In this document: in pieces, positions 27,603 through 35,758 of the stretch
How the letters are laid out: the number at the start of each line of letters is the position of its first letter
How positions within the stretch are numbered: position 1 is the stretch's first letter
Source: a virus
Lineage: Duplodnaviria; Caudoviricetes
Length of the DNA: 44,692 nt
IMG/VR virus record: IMGVR_UViG_3300046786_000935
Location: 1-44,692 of that record
Reading direction: 5' to 3' (one strand)
Position numbers and translations under genes: made by a program
Notes under the pieces: model-generated
Seen by the model: only the letters and a program-made list of their open reading frames with translations
Database searches by the model: none
What the model was told of the DNA's origin: nothing

Positions 27603-28654
27603 AACGCCTGACAGTCATCCAAGAAGGTGCTCCAGCACCCACAAAGCCAGTGAGCTACGAGAAGCAGACGCAAGCCTACTCCACCTGGGGAGGTAAGCTT
27701 CTGCAACACACAGACGTGCTGCACTCCATCCAGGCAAAGAAGGAGTTCAAGCCAATCACCATCCAACTTGCTCCAACGGAAGCCTGCGACTCCAACTGTC
27801 CGTTTTGCTCGGTTGCCTGGAGACCTGTGGACAAGAAGATTCCTTGGGACACCCTTGAGAAGGGTCTGAGGGAGTTTAGGGAGCTTGGAGCCAAGTCCGT
27901 GGAGATCACAGGCGGTGGAAACCCCCTTCTCTACAAGGATGGTTCCAGGAACATCAACGATGTGATCGAGCTGGCCCATTCCCTTGGGTACGAGATTGGT
28001 GTGATTACCAACTCCGAGAAGCTCTCTCGGCACATCAAGCCAGAGAATGCCAGCAAGCTCTCTTGGATCAGGATTTCCTTGATCAAGCTCGACGAAGGAA
28101 AGAGCCCGGAAGATTACGACTTTTCAGGTTTCCCTGTGGAGAAGCTTGGATTTTCCTACATCATCTATGAGGGAACTACCAAGAAGTCCATCGAGAGCAT
28201 CGCACGGCTTGTGGAACTGAACCCCGAGATCAAGTTCGTTCGTATTGCTTCGGACTGCCTTACCGAGCAATCCCTGACAATCAAGGGGGATTGGGGCGAC
28301 ATTGTTCAGGCAATGGACACCCACAAGAAGTTCTTCATCAAGGAGATCGGGGAGACCTTCCACCCCTATGAAGGTGGCTGCTGGGTTGGCATGGTAAGGC
28401 CGTATTGGGTTTGGGACGGGGTGTACATGTGTACCTCCCACGTCCTCAAGCACAGGGGCTACCATGACACCTGGAAGCTCTGTAAGGGCGATGAGATCAA
28501 GGAAGCCTGGGGCAAGATGAACCAGCGCTTCCAGGCCGGTCAGAACCCTTATGACATCGACATCCAGAAGGAGTGCTGGCACTGTTACTACTACAACAAT
28601 AACCGGCTCCTGTCCGATGTGATCACGGAACTGCCAGACAGGAATTTCGCATGA
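27599..28654 (+). CDS. radical SAM enzyme with C-terminal Cys (SPASM/twitch-like) region
   Basis: CDSNCPFC (CxxxCxxC), ITGGGNP, ITN, C-terminal CWVG...C...CWHC. Confidence 0.9.
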   Translation: MKRLTVIQEGAPAPTKPVSYEKQTQAYSTWGGKLLQHTDVLHSIQAKKEFKPITIQLAPTEACDSNCPFCSVAWRPVDKKIPWDTLEKGLREFRELGAKSVEITGGGNPLLYKDGSRNINDVIELAHSLGYEIGVITNSEKLSRHIKPENASKLSWIRISLIKLDEGKSPEDYDFSGFPVEKLGFSYIIYEGTTKKSIESIARLVELNPEIKFVRIASDCLTEQSLTIKGDWGDIVQAMDTHKKFFIKEIGETFHPYEGGCWVGMVRPYWVWDGVYMCTSHVLKHRGYHDTWKLCKGDEIKEAWGKMNQRFQAGQNPYDIDIQKECWHCYYYNNNRLLSDVITELPDRNFA

Positions 28655-28833
28655 TGGATTCCTCCGAGACTTCGTCTGTGGGAGAGCAGCTCGCCAGAAT
28701 ATTGGAGGCTGAAATTTCCAAGTCGATCGACGACGAGATCCTTGCGTACTATAGGTACCATTTTGAAGGAAGAAGCAAATCACCATTTAGGATGACTCGG
28801 GTCAAGATCCGGGAATGCCAACATACCCGTTGA
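28651..28833 (+). CDS. mini-ORF I (60 aa), capsid-like helix plus PFRxT tag
   Basis: EQLARILEAEISKSIDDEIL...SPFRMTRV. Confidence 0.65.
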   Translation: MMDSSETSSVGEQLARILEAEISKSIDDEILAYYRYHFEGRSKSPFRMTRVKIRECQHTR

Positions 28834-29045
28834 CCACAACCATCCCAACGAACGTGGAGTCGATCGCTACAACATCAAGCCTTCCTAAGTTCGACGCGTC
28901 GGGCTCGCTTTACACACCGTACGTGCCCATGCAAGTCACGCCACTTTTTCCTGCGAAGAAGGCTGGCTCTCCCTTTAGGTTTACTAACCTAAAGCTGATT
29001 CCTGTTTTCTCTGTAAGAAAGGCGTTTCGGCATGCACAGGGTTAA
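28815..29045 (+). CDS. mini-ORF J (76 aa), capsid-like PYVP segment plus PFRxT tag
   Basis: DASGSLYTPYVPMQVTPLF...SPFRFTNL. Confidence 0.65.
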   Translation: MPTYPLTTTIPTNVESIATTSSLPKFDASGSLYTPYVPMQVTPLFPAKKAGSPFRFTNLKLIPVFSVRKAFRHAQG

Positions 29046-29166
29046 AGGATCGCCCTTTCTTGAATCTGGGTACGTGTTCGCTCCGTACATTCCCAAGCTC
29101 GGCTTGATGAGCCCCTTTCGATTCACTTGCCTGAAGATCAAGGAGAAAGAGAAGGCGGTTTGGTGA
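29032..29166 (+). CDS. mini-ORF K (44 aa), capsid-like APYIP segment plus PFRFTCL
   Basis: Manual translation MHRVKGSPFLESGYVFAPYIPKLGLMSPFRFTCLKIKEKEKAVW. Confidence 0.7.
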   Translation: MHRVKGSPFLESGYVFAPYIPKLGLMSPFRFTCLKIKEKEKAVW

Positions 29167-29318
29167 TAAGCACGGGAAGCGGATTTGGCATTTGCTTGAC
29201 AATCAGCGAAAGCGTGACTATCCCAATTCCTTCGTGGCCCAAGGGCAGTCCGTTTAGGCGGACGTGTTTAACGATCAAGAGGAACAATGAGCTCTACTGC
29301 AAACCCATACACCGCTGA
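29163..29318 (+). CDS. mini-ORF L (51 aa) with PFRRTCL tag
   Basis: GTGA-coupled start; KGSPFRRTCLT. Confidence 0.55.
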   Translation: MISTGSGFGICLTISESVTIPIPSWPKGSPFRRTCLTIKRNNELYCKPIHR

Positions 29319-29907
29319 CTACTACAAGTCCAGCAACTACGCTGACTACCTGGAGCGAGCTGACCGCTACAAGAAGACAGCCTACGAGCTGGTTGACCTT
29401 CTTCGGAAGCTTGGTTTGATCGACAAGGAGAGCTGGATCGTCGACTTTGGCTGTGCCGTTGGTTTTCTCCTGGAGGGGTTTGACGACCTTGGTTACCGGC
29501 AGATCGGCGGCTATGATGTGTCCGACTGGGCCATTGCCGAAGGCAGGGCGAGGGGGAATGACATCTACAAGTGGGATGACACTGTTCAGCACACTGTGGG
29601 TACAGACATCCTGACGGCGCTTGATGTGTTCGAGCACATGGAGGATGACGAGATCAGGAGAGTTCTCAAGGTTCTCAGTCCCAAGTGCATGGTCCTCAGA
29701 ATCCCCACTTCTGTGGATGGCGGCAAGACCTTTGCTCTGGAGGTCTCTCGCCAGGACCCAACCCACATCAACTGCAAGACGAAGGAACAGTGGATCGAGT
29801 TCTTCCAAAAGGAAGGGTTCGGAACCTTCCTTCGTTTGAACCTCTTCACGATCTACGACACTCCAGGGGTAACCTGTCTACTTTGCTTGCCTTCTGAGTA
29901 TCGTTGA
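29287..29907 (+). CDS. class I SAM-dependent methyltransferase
   Basis: IVDFGCAVG, GYDVS, DVFEH, DPTHIN; GAGG RBS. Confidence 0.88.
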   Translation: MSSTANPYTADYYKSSNYADYLERADRYKKTAYELVDLLRKLGLIDKESWIVDFGCAVGFLLEGFDDLGYRQIGGYDVSDWAIAEGRARGNDIYKWDDTVQHTVGTDILTALDVFEHMEDDEIRRVLKVLSPKCMVLRIPTSVDGGKTFALEVSRQDPTHINCKTKEQWIEFFQKEGFGTFLRLNLFTIYDTPGVTCLLCLPSEYR

Positions 29908-29943
29908 ATTTGGTACACAATATCTGCTTTCTGCTCTCAGAAG

Positions 29944-30291
29944 ATGGGACAAGAAAAGCAGATGTTCTACAGGTCCAACCCATATAGCCCTATCGCTAAC
30001 ACCGATAGCAAGACAGTTGGCGAACTGATCATTGAGTTGGGGGAGAAACTCAAGGATGGTTCGGTAACGTACAAGCAAGCTGTGGAGTTCTTCCAGGCCC
30101 ACAAGATTTGCTTCCCCAACGAACGCACTGGAATGCTTTCCAGCGATTGGCGGGAGCCAGAGGCGGACTACAACAAAGCCGTCTTCACTTGTGTGATTAG
30201 CTGCTCGTGCGGCTGTGGCCCAATGGACGAGGATTGCAACCAGCTTGGTCCTGGTTCCAAGCCAAAGTACGATTTCACCTTCAAGGAGTGA
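29944..30291 (+). CDS. hypothetical Cys-rich protein
   Basis: CVISCSCGCG motif; fills the gap between two genes. Confidence 0.55.
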   Translation: MGQEKQMFYRSNPYSPIANTDSKTVGELIIELGEKLKDGSVTYKQAVEFFQAHKICFPNERTGMLSSDWREPEADYNKAVFTCVISCSCGCGPMDEDCNQLGPGSKPKYDFTFKE

Positions 30292-30303
30292 GGAGACAAG
30301 AGA

Positions 30304-31626
30304 ATGAAGATCGGTTTCATGGGACTCGGAAAGCTCGGCCTTCCGTGCGCATTGGCATCGGAGCATGCAGGTCACGAAGTTGTGGGTTATGACCCAAACC
30401 CTGCGGTCAAGGATTACATCCGGAACAAGAAGATCCCCTACCGTGAGGAAGGTACGCCAGAGCTGCTTCAGAACACCAAGATCAGGGTGGTTTCCGTCCA
30501 AGAGATGGTTGACTTCTCGGACTTGATCTTTGTGGCTGTTCAGACACCGCACAACCCACGTTTCGAGGGAACGACAAGGATTCCAGAGGAGAGGGTCGAC
30601 TTTGACTACTCCTACCTCATTGGAGCTTGCAAGGAGCTGAATGCAGCGATCGAGAAGAAGGGCAAGGATACCCCTGTTGTGGTCATCTCCACGGTCCTTC
30701 CTGGGACAATGGACTCCCAGGTGATCCCTCACCTCGGATCGCACTTCAAGCTTTGCTACAACCCATTCTTCATTGCAATGGGTACAACGAGATACGACTT
30801 CACCCACCCTGAGTTCGTTCTCTTTGGGATGAGTGATCCGGCGACTGCGGATCTTGCTGAGTCATTCTACAAGACGATTCACAACGCTCCGTTCTATCGT
30901 TGCTCGATCAAGTCCGCCGAGTTGGTCAAGGTGGCCTACAACACCTTCATCAGCACGAAGATTGCCTTTGTCAACAACCTCATGGAGATTTGCCATCACA
31001 CGGGCGCAGATGTTGACGAAGTCACCAATGCTTTGAAGCTCGCCAACGAGCGCCTTATCTCTCCGAAGTATCTCACCGCAGGTATGGGAGACGGCGGAGG
31101 TTGTCACCCTCGTGACAACATTGCCCTTTCCTGGCTCTCCAGGAAGCTTGGAATGACCTTCGATTTCCACGAGGCCATTATGATGGCAAGGGAGAAGCAA
31201 ACGGACTTCTTGGCTAATTTGGTTGAGGAATACCGAAAGGTTGCCGTTTACTCGCCGGAGGACTTCTCGTTTCGAGAGTTCAAGACTCTTCCTGTGGTGA
31301 TTCTCGGAAAGGCATTCAAGGAACAGACCAACCTTGAAGTTGGTTCACCTTCAATTCTTCTGAAGAATATCCTTGCCGAGAAAGGCATCTCGGCAGAGAT
31401 GTACGATCCATGGGTTGATGGAGCAGAGGACATGGCAGTGAATCCTTATGAGAAGGGAGAACCCAAGCTGTTCTTTATTGGAACTCGCCATGCTGTCTTC
31501 AAGGACTACAAGTTCCCGGCTGGATCAACGGTTCTCGATCCCTGGAGAATGATCCCAGAGCAGCCAGGAGTTCGAGTGATTGGAATTGGCCAAGCCCATA
31601 AGCCAGTCCAAGTTTTCAAGCTGTGA
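30304..31626 (+). CDS. ugd: UDP-glucose/GDP-mannose 6-dehydrogenase
   Basis: GLGKLG Rossmann motif, AVQTP, STVLPGT, AELVKVAYN, GDGGGCHPRD (catalytic Cys), LGKAFK. Confidence 0.93.
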   Translation: MKIGFMGLGKLGLPCALASEHAGHEVVGYDPNPAVKDYIRNKKIPYREEGTPELLQNTKIRVVSVQEMVDFSDLIFVAVQTPHNPRFEGTTRIPEERVDFDYSYLIGACKELNAAIEKKGKDTPVVVISTVLPGTMDSQVIPHLGSHFKLCYNPFFIAMGTTRYDFTHPEFVLFGMSDPATADLAESFYKTIHNAPFYRCSIKSAELVKVAYNTFISTKIAFVNNLMEICHHTGADVDEVTNALKLANERLISPKYLTAGMGDGGGCHPRDNIALSWLSRKLGMTFDFHEAIMMAREKQTDFLANLVEEYRKVAVYSPEDFSFREFKTLPVVILGKAFKEQTNLEVGSPSILLKNILAEKGISAEMYDPWVDGAEDMAVNPYEKGEPKLFFIGTRHAVFKDYKFPAGSTVLDPWRMIPEQPGVRVIGIGQAHKPVQVFKL

Positions 31627-31645
31627 CAAAGCGATACTTACTTCC

Positions 31646-32449
31646 ATGAAACTGGCAAAGTTCTGGAAGTGGTACCTCAAGGAATCCAACACCCAACTTG
31701 GGTATTTCGGGTTAGATGAGTTCGTAAAAGGAAGTCCCGTTGTTCTCTACCATGGAACAACGACTTCCTTTTCGTCATTTGACATCGGCAAATCCAGAAA
31801 AGACCTCGTTGACAAATACACCGGAATTGGCATCTTTCTCACCCCATCCAAGAAGATCGCTTGGAAGTACGCGACGTCTTCGAGGAACAAGGGTTTGCCT
31901 GTCGAAGTAATCAACGACGTAAAAAAAGCCAACCCACACGCGGGGGAGTTCCTGGAAGTGCTCTACAAGCATGGACAGCCAGGGTGGGAGCTCTTTTGGA
32001 AAGAGAAGGGGTTCCTAAGAGACAACCCAGGCGAAGGGGAGGGAGAGTTGGACACGGAGGCGTTTCGGGCTTATCTGAACGCTGATGCCAACTCCTTGAT
32101 GGATGTGGCAACCTTCATCGAAGGAAGCTCTTATGAGGCTTCTGGTGGCGAGGAAAGCAGCTTGCTTGACCTTTTCTCTGGAGCGCCACAAGGAGCACCA
32201 GATTGGCTTTTTGATGTGCTTGATTCCCTGGGAGTTGATTCCACCAAGTACAGGCCGAAGGTTTACAAGGTAAGCGCACAAGCAAGCCATGTTCTTGTAA
32301 CAGCAGACAAAGAAGAGGCAAAGAGGGCTTTCTCTCTTGGTTATGATGCCTTTGTGTTCACTGGTGAGGATTTGGTTGATGGTGTGCCGGAAGTGGCAAT
32401 TCGAGATGGTTCACAGGTGAACATTTTGGATGTTGAGGTAGACTCATAG
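31646..32449 (+). CDS. ADP-ribosyltransferase-like protein (ART-PolyVal type), late
   Basis: VLYHGT...FSSFD...GIGIFLT....AWKYA ... GYDAFVF...EVAIRDGSQV; TACTTA 5 nt before ATG. Confidence 0.7.
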   Translation: MKLAKFWKWYLKESNTQLGYFGLDEFVKGSPVVLYHGTTTSFSSFDIGKSRKDLVDKYTGIGIFLTPSKKIAWKYATSSRNKGLPVEVINDVKKANPHAGEFLEVLYKHGQPGWELFWKEKGFLRDNPGEGEGELDTEAFRAYLNADANSLMDVATFIEGSSYEASGGEESSLLDLFSGAPQGAPDWLFDVLDSLGVDSTKYRPKVYKVSAQASHVLVTADKEEAKRAFSLGYDAFVFTGEDLVDGVPEVAIRDGSQVNILDVEVDS

Positions 32450-32452
32450 CTC

Positions 32453-33262
32453 ATGTCAATTGTTGCAGTCTACAGAGTCCTCTATGGCGAGGATTTCATC
32501 AAAGAATCCATCGAATCAATCCTCCCCCACGTTGATCAGGTTTTCGTTGTTAAAGCTGAAAAACCTTGGGGCCAGACGCTTGGGGTTACCTACAAGGGGA
32601 AATGGATTGACTGGCCAGAGAAGTTCGACAACACAAGAGAAAAAATCGCCGAACTGAACTCACCGAAAGTCACAATCATTGATGACTACTGGCCAACACC
32701 AAGAAACCAGCTTACTCACATTGTGAATGACCTCATCCTCCCTCGATGCAAACCGGAGACTGTCGTCTTCATCGAGCCGGATCACGTGTTCACCAAAGAG
32801 CAAGCTGAAAAGGCTTTCACGCAGTGGAACCTATACTCTGGTGTGCAAGCTGGAACCCGGCAGGTTGAACTTTGGAAGACACCAGCCTTTGCTGTGCCTG
32901 AGAGGCCCAGGAGGACTTCTGTGGTCTTTCATAGGATCTTTGGTCAACCCATGGGGGAGACAGGCTTCAATGGGGCTTCCGAGGGCATCCATAGGCTTCC
33001 TGCCACGGTGCACAACCTTGGCTTCTGCCTTTCCGAGAAGACGATGTACTGGAAGCACCTGACAGCCTTGGCCTTCTCCAGGATTGTTGGGGATTCACCT
33101 CCAAACGAGGGTTGGTACGAGTCGAAGTGGTTGAACTGGGACTTCAAGACCAACAACCAAAACTTGGAAATCTCTCTTGGTTACGAGTGGATGATCCCCC
33201 ACGCTGAGCCTTACGACACCTCCAAGCTGCCAGAAAGCATTCGGAAGCGCTACGGCTACTAG
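32453..33262 (+). CDS. glycosyltransferase (GT-A-like)
   Basis: YGEDFIKESIESILPHVDQVFVV, DNT, FIEPDHV, VHNLGF. Confidence 0.7.
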   Translation: MSIVAVYRVLYGEDFIKESIESILPHVDQVFVVKAEKPWGQTLGVTYKGKWIDWPEKFDNTREKIAELNSPKVTIIDDYWPTPRNQLTHIVNDLILPRCKPETVVFIEPDHVFTKEQAEKAFTQWNLYSGVQAGTRQVELWKTPAFAVPERPRRTSVVFHRIFGQPMGETGFNGASEGIHRLPATVHNLGFCLSEKTMYWKHLTALAFSRIVGDSPPNEGWYESKWLNWDFKTNNQNLEISLGYEWMIPHAEPYDTSKLPESIRKRYGY

Positions 33263-33270
33263 TTAGCTAT

Positions 33271-34272
33271 ATGGCGGAAGACTTGACTAAGTTCCTAGAG
33301 GACGTTGCGCGAGCGGAAGTTGACAAACTCAAGCCGCTTTACGGAAGCAACTTTCGTTACGACCTTGATCGCTTCACTCAAGAAGAAAATGGGTTGTCGC
33401 TGTACGGGGTGCACTACTCGGAAAATGAAAATTTTGCCATCTTCCCACAAACTGTATATTACCCAAAAGGCGTCTACTTCTACTTCCTTTCCAATACCTG
33501 CGAGGCTGGGAAGGGAACTGGATTTGCAACTGATCGAAAGTGGGCAAATATCGGCAAGATCAACAATGATCGGATGCTGATTATCAAGTCGGGGCACCCG
33601 CGAAACTTCTCCGAGGCTGACTACAAAAAAGCAGTCTCCAAATTGAAACGTATTGTGCGGAAACTTCCAGAACCAACGATCAAACCTGGAGAGCATAGGG
33701 AGCAATCGGTTCCAGCAGTACAACTCTTCAACCTCCTACACGCGATTGAGGCCAGCGGAAAGGGGTTGACAAACAAGATGCTCCATTCTCTCGGGTATGA
33801 TGGGGTCGTCGACTACGACGGCTCTTTGCTGCCAGTTGAGAGTTGCCAAGGAGTGATGACGTGGCCTGGAAGCTTCTCTTTTGTTCATGCCATTCCTACT
33901 CCGCGCGCATCAAACAATCCAGGATATGATCCAATGAAAAGGATCGCACGGATGCAGGCCGGATTGAAGGCTATGAAGCCCGGAACATTGAAGCTGTCCT
34001 TTGATGAGCTAGAAAGCTGGAAGATGATGAAGCCGAAAACAAGCGGAAATCCGTATGCGTTCGGTGATTTGCTACAGTATTTGCTAACAGCTTTGGATTT
34101 CCGCAGTGGGGATGCTTGGAAGTGGGTTGAATGGTATGAATACGGCGAAAGAAACTATGACAGCCTAGAACAGAACCCAACAACACCGAAAGAGTTCTGG
34201 GAGAGAAACATCTACGCCACCGATCCAGGACTAAGAATGGCAGCTCGCGACCACACTGGTTTCAATAAGTAG
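33271..34272 (+). CDS. late protein related to the N-domain of 24056-25762 (possible ART-like)
   Basis: PKGVYFY...LHSLGYDGVVD...ESCQGV parallels PSGVYGY...LRKLGYVGIYD...EPTQVV; TAGTTA 5 nt before ATG. Confidence 0.55.
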   Translation: MAEDLTKFLEDVARAEVDKLKPLYGSNFRYDLDRFTQEENGLSLYGVHYSENENFAIFPQTVYYPKGVYFYFLSNTCEAGKGTGFATDRKWANIGKINNDRMLIIKSGHPRNFSEADYKKAVSKLKRIVRKLPEPTIKPGEHREQSVPAVQLFNLLHAIEASGKGLTNKMLHSLGYDGVVDYDGSLLPVESCQGVMTWPGSFSFVHAIPTPRASNNPGYDPMKRIARMQAGLKAMKPGTLKLSFDELESWKMMKPKTSGNPYAFGDLLQYLLTALDFRSGDAWKWVEWYEYGERNYDSLEQNPTTPKEFWERNIYATDPGLRMAARDHTGFNK

Positions 34273-34325
34273 CGATCATACATTCCCCCTTTTGACCATG
34301 AGACTTGGCCGAAAAGGATCAAAGA

Positions 34326-35756
34326 ATGCCGATCGTCAAAAAGGTTGAACCAGTTGTCGAGCCGCTTGAGAAGAAGACCATTCTCTTCTTGTCCGACCAC
34401 CCCCTTGCACCTTCTGGAGTTGGTGTCCAGGCAAGGATGTTGATTGAAGGCTTGCTGAAGACTGGCAAGTACCGTTTCCTTTGCTTTGGTGGAGCTCTGA
34501 AGCACCACCACTACGGAATCGGTCAGGTTACCCCCGACTTCATCATCAAGCCTGTTGACGGCTTCGGAGACAGGGAGACGGTTCGCAAGGTTCTGATGAC
34601 CGAGCGCCCTGATGCTGTTTTGATCTTCACCGATCCGCGTCAGTTCATTTGGCTTTGGGAAGCTGAGGACGAGATTCACCAGCTTTGCCCAATCACCTAC
34701 TGGCACGTTTGGGACAACGATCCATTTCCAGTTTACAACCGGGTTTGGTATGAGTCGACTGAGTTGGTGAACTGCCTTTCTCACAAGACCTACGAGATGG
34801 CAAAGCCACACTTCCCGGAAGAAGGCAAGGTGAACTACATCCCTCACGCCTTCCCGAAGTCGATGTACTTCCCTATTCCAGAGAAGGATAGGGCTGAGCT
34901 TCGCCGTGGAAACTTTGGAGCTCGTGCAGATTGGTTTACTGCTCTTTGGGTAAACCGAAATGCAACGAGGAAGCTCCCTTCCGACGTGCTTGAATCCTGG
35001 AAGTTGTTCCTGGACAAGCTGGAGAAGGAAGAGGGGCACCGCAAGGCTCTCTTGGTGATGCACACCGATCCAGAGGACCAGGAAGGCCCAAATCTTTACA
35101 TGGTTCAGGAGCTTCTCGGGCTCCAGAATAACGTTGTGTTCTCGACGAACAAGGTCGAATTCCAGCAGATGAACCTGCTTCACAACATGGTTGACTGCAC
35201 CATCAACATTGCAAAGAATGAAGGGTTTGGACTTTCCACCCTCATCTCCTTGCAGTGTGGCAAACCAATTGTCGCCTTGAAAACGGGCGGATTGACTCGT
35301 CAGGTGATCGACCACCGGGACGGGACAGAACTTGGAGCTGCCATTGAGCCGGTCACCCGCAAGCTGGTTGGTTCCCAGATGGTTCCGTACATCTACGAGG
35401 ACTTTGCTTCTCAGGAAGATGTGGCAAACGGTTTGATGAAAATCTACCGGATGACCCCAGAGGAAAAGGTTGCCTTCCGAGAGAAGGCTGTTGCCTACGT
35501 GGACGCTGAGTTCAACTACGAAAAGATGATTTCCGAGTGGGATAGGACACTTACGGAAACCATTTCTTCCTGGGAGACGAAGAAGAAGGAGAAGAAGTGG
35601 GCCTTGATCCCATTGAATGTGACGGTGCCGAACATCCCGGCAAACATCGTCAAGGAAGCTCCTCCATCTCCTCAAGTCAAGCCATTGGGCAAGCCACTGA
35701 AGAAGATGGACCCGGCCATTCTCGCTCGTTTGAGCAACGTCAAAGGAAAGAAGTGA
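34326..35756 (+). CDS. glycosyltransferase family 4 (GT-B)
   Basis: ILFLSDHPLAPSGVG, VNRNATRK, NEGFGLSTLISLQCGKPIV...TGG. Confidence 0.9.
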   Translation: MPIVKKVEPVVEPLEKKTILFLSDHPLAPSGVGVQARMLIEGLLKTGKYRFLCFGGALKHHHYGIGQVTPDFIIKPVDGFGDRETVRKVLMTERPDAVLIFTDPRQFIWLWEAEDEIHQLCPITYWHVWDNDPFPVYNRVWYESTELVNCLSHKTYEMAKPHFPEEGKVNYIPHAFPKSMYFPIPEKDRAELRRGNFGARADWFTALWVNRNATRKLPSDVLESWKLFLDKLEKEEGHRKALLVMHTDPEDQEGPNLYMVQELLGLQNNVVFSTNKVEFQQMNLLHNMVDCTINIAKNEGFGLSTLISLQCGKPIVALKTGGLTRQVIDHRDGTELGAAIEPVTRKLVGSQMVPYIYEDFASQEDVANGLMKIYRMTPEEKVAFREKAVAYVDAEFNYEKMISEWDRTLTETISSWETKKKEKKWALIPLNVTVPNIPANIVKEAPPSPQVKPLGKPLKKMDPAILARLSNVKGKK

Positions 35757-35758
35757 TC

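Noticed and set aside
21354-29318. A single fragmented capsid pseudogene
   Set aside because: The segments are out of capsid order, the same epitope appears three times, each piece has its own coupled start and stop and usually a shared tag, and intact enzyme genes lie between them.
32447-32455. TAG readthrough fusing the ART-like gene to the downstream glycosyltransferase (in frame: TAG CTC ATG)
   Set aside because: In-frame adjacency has about a 1-in-3 chance, and both proteins look complete on their own.
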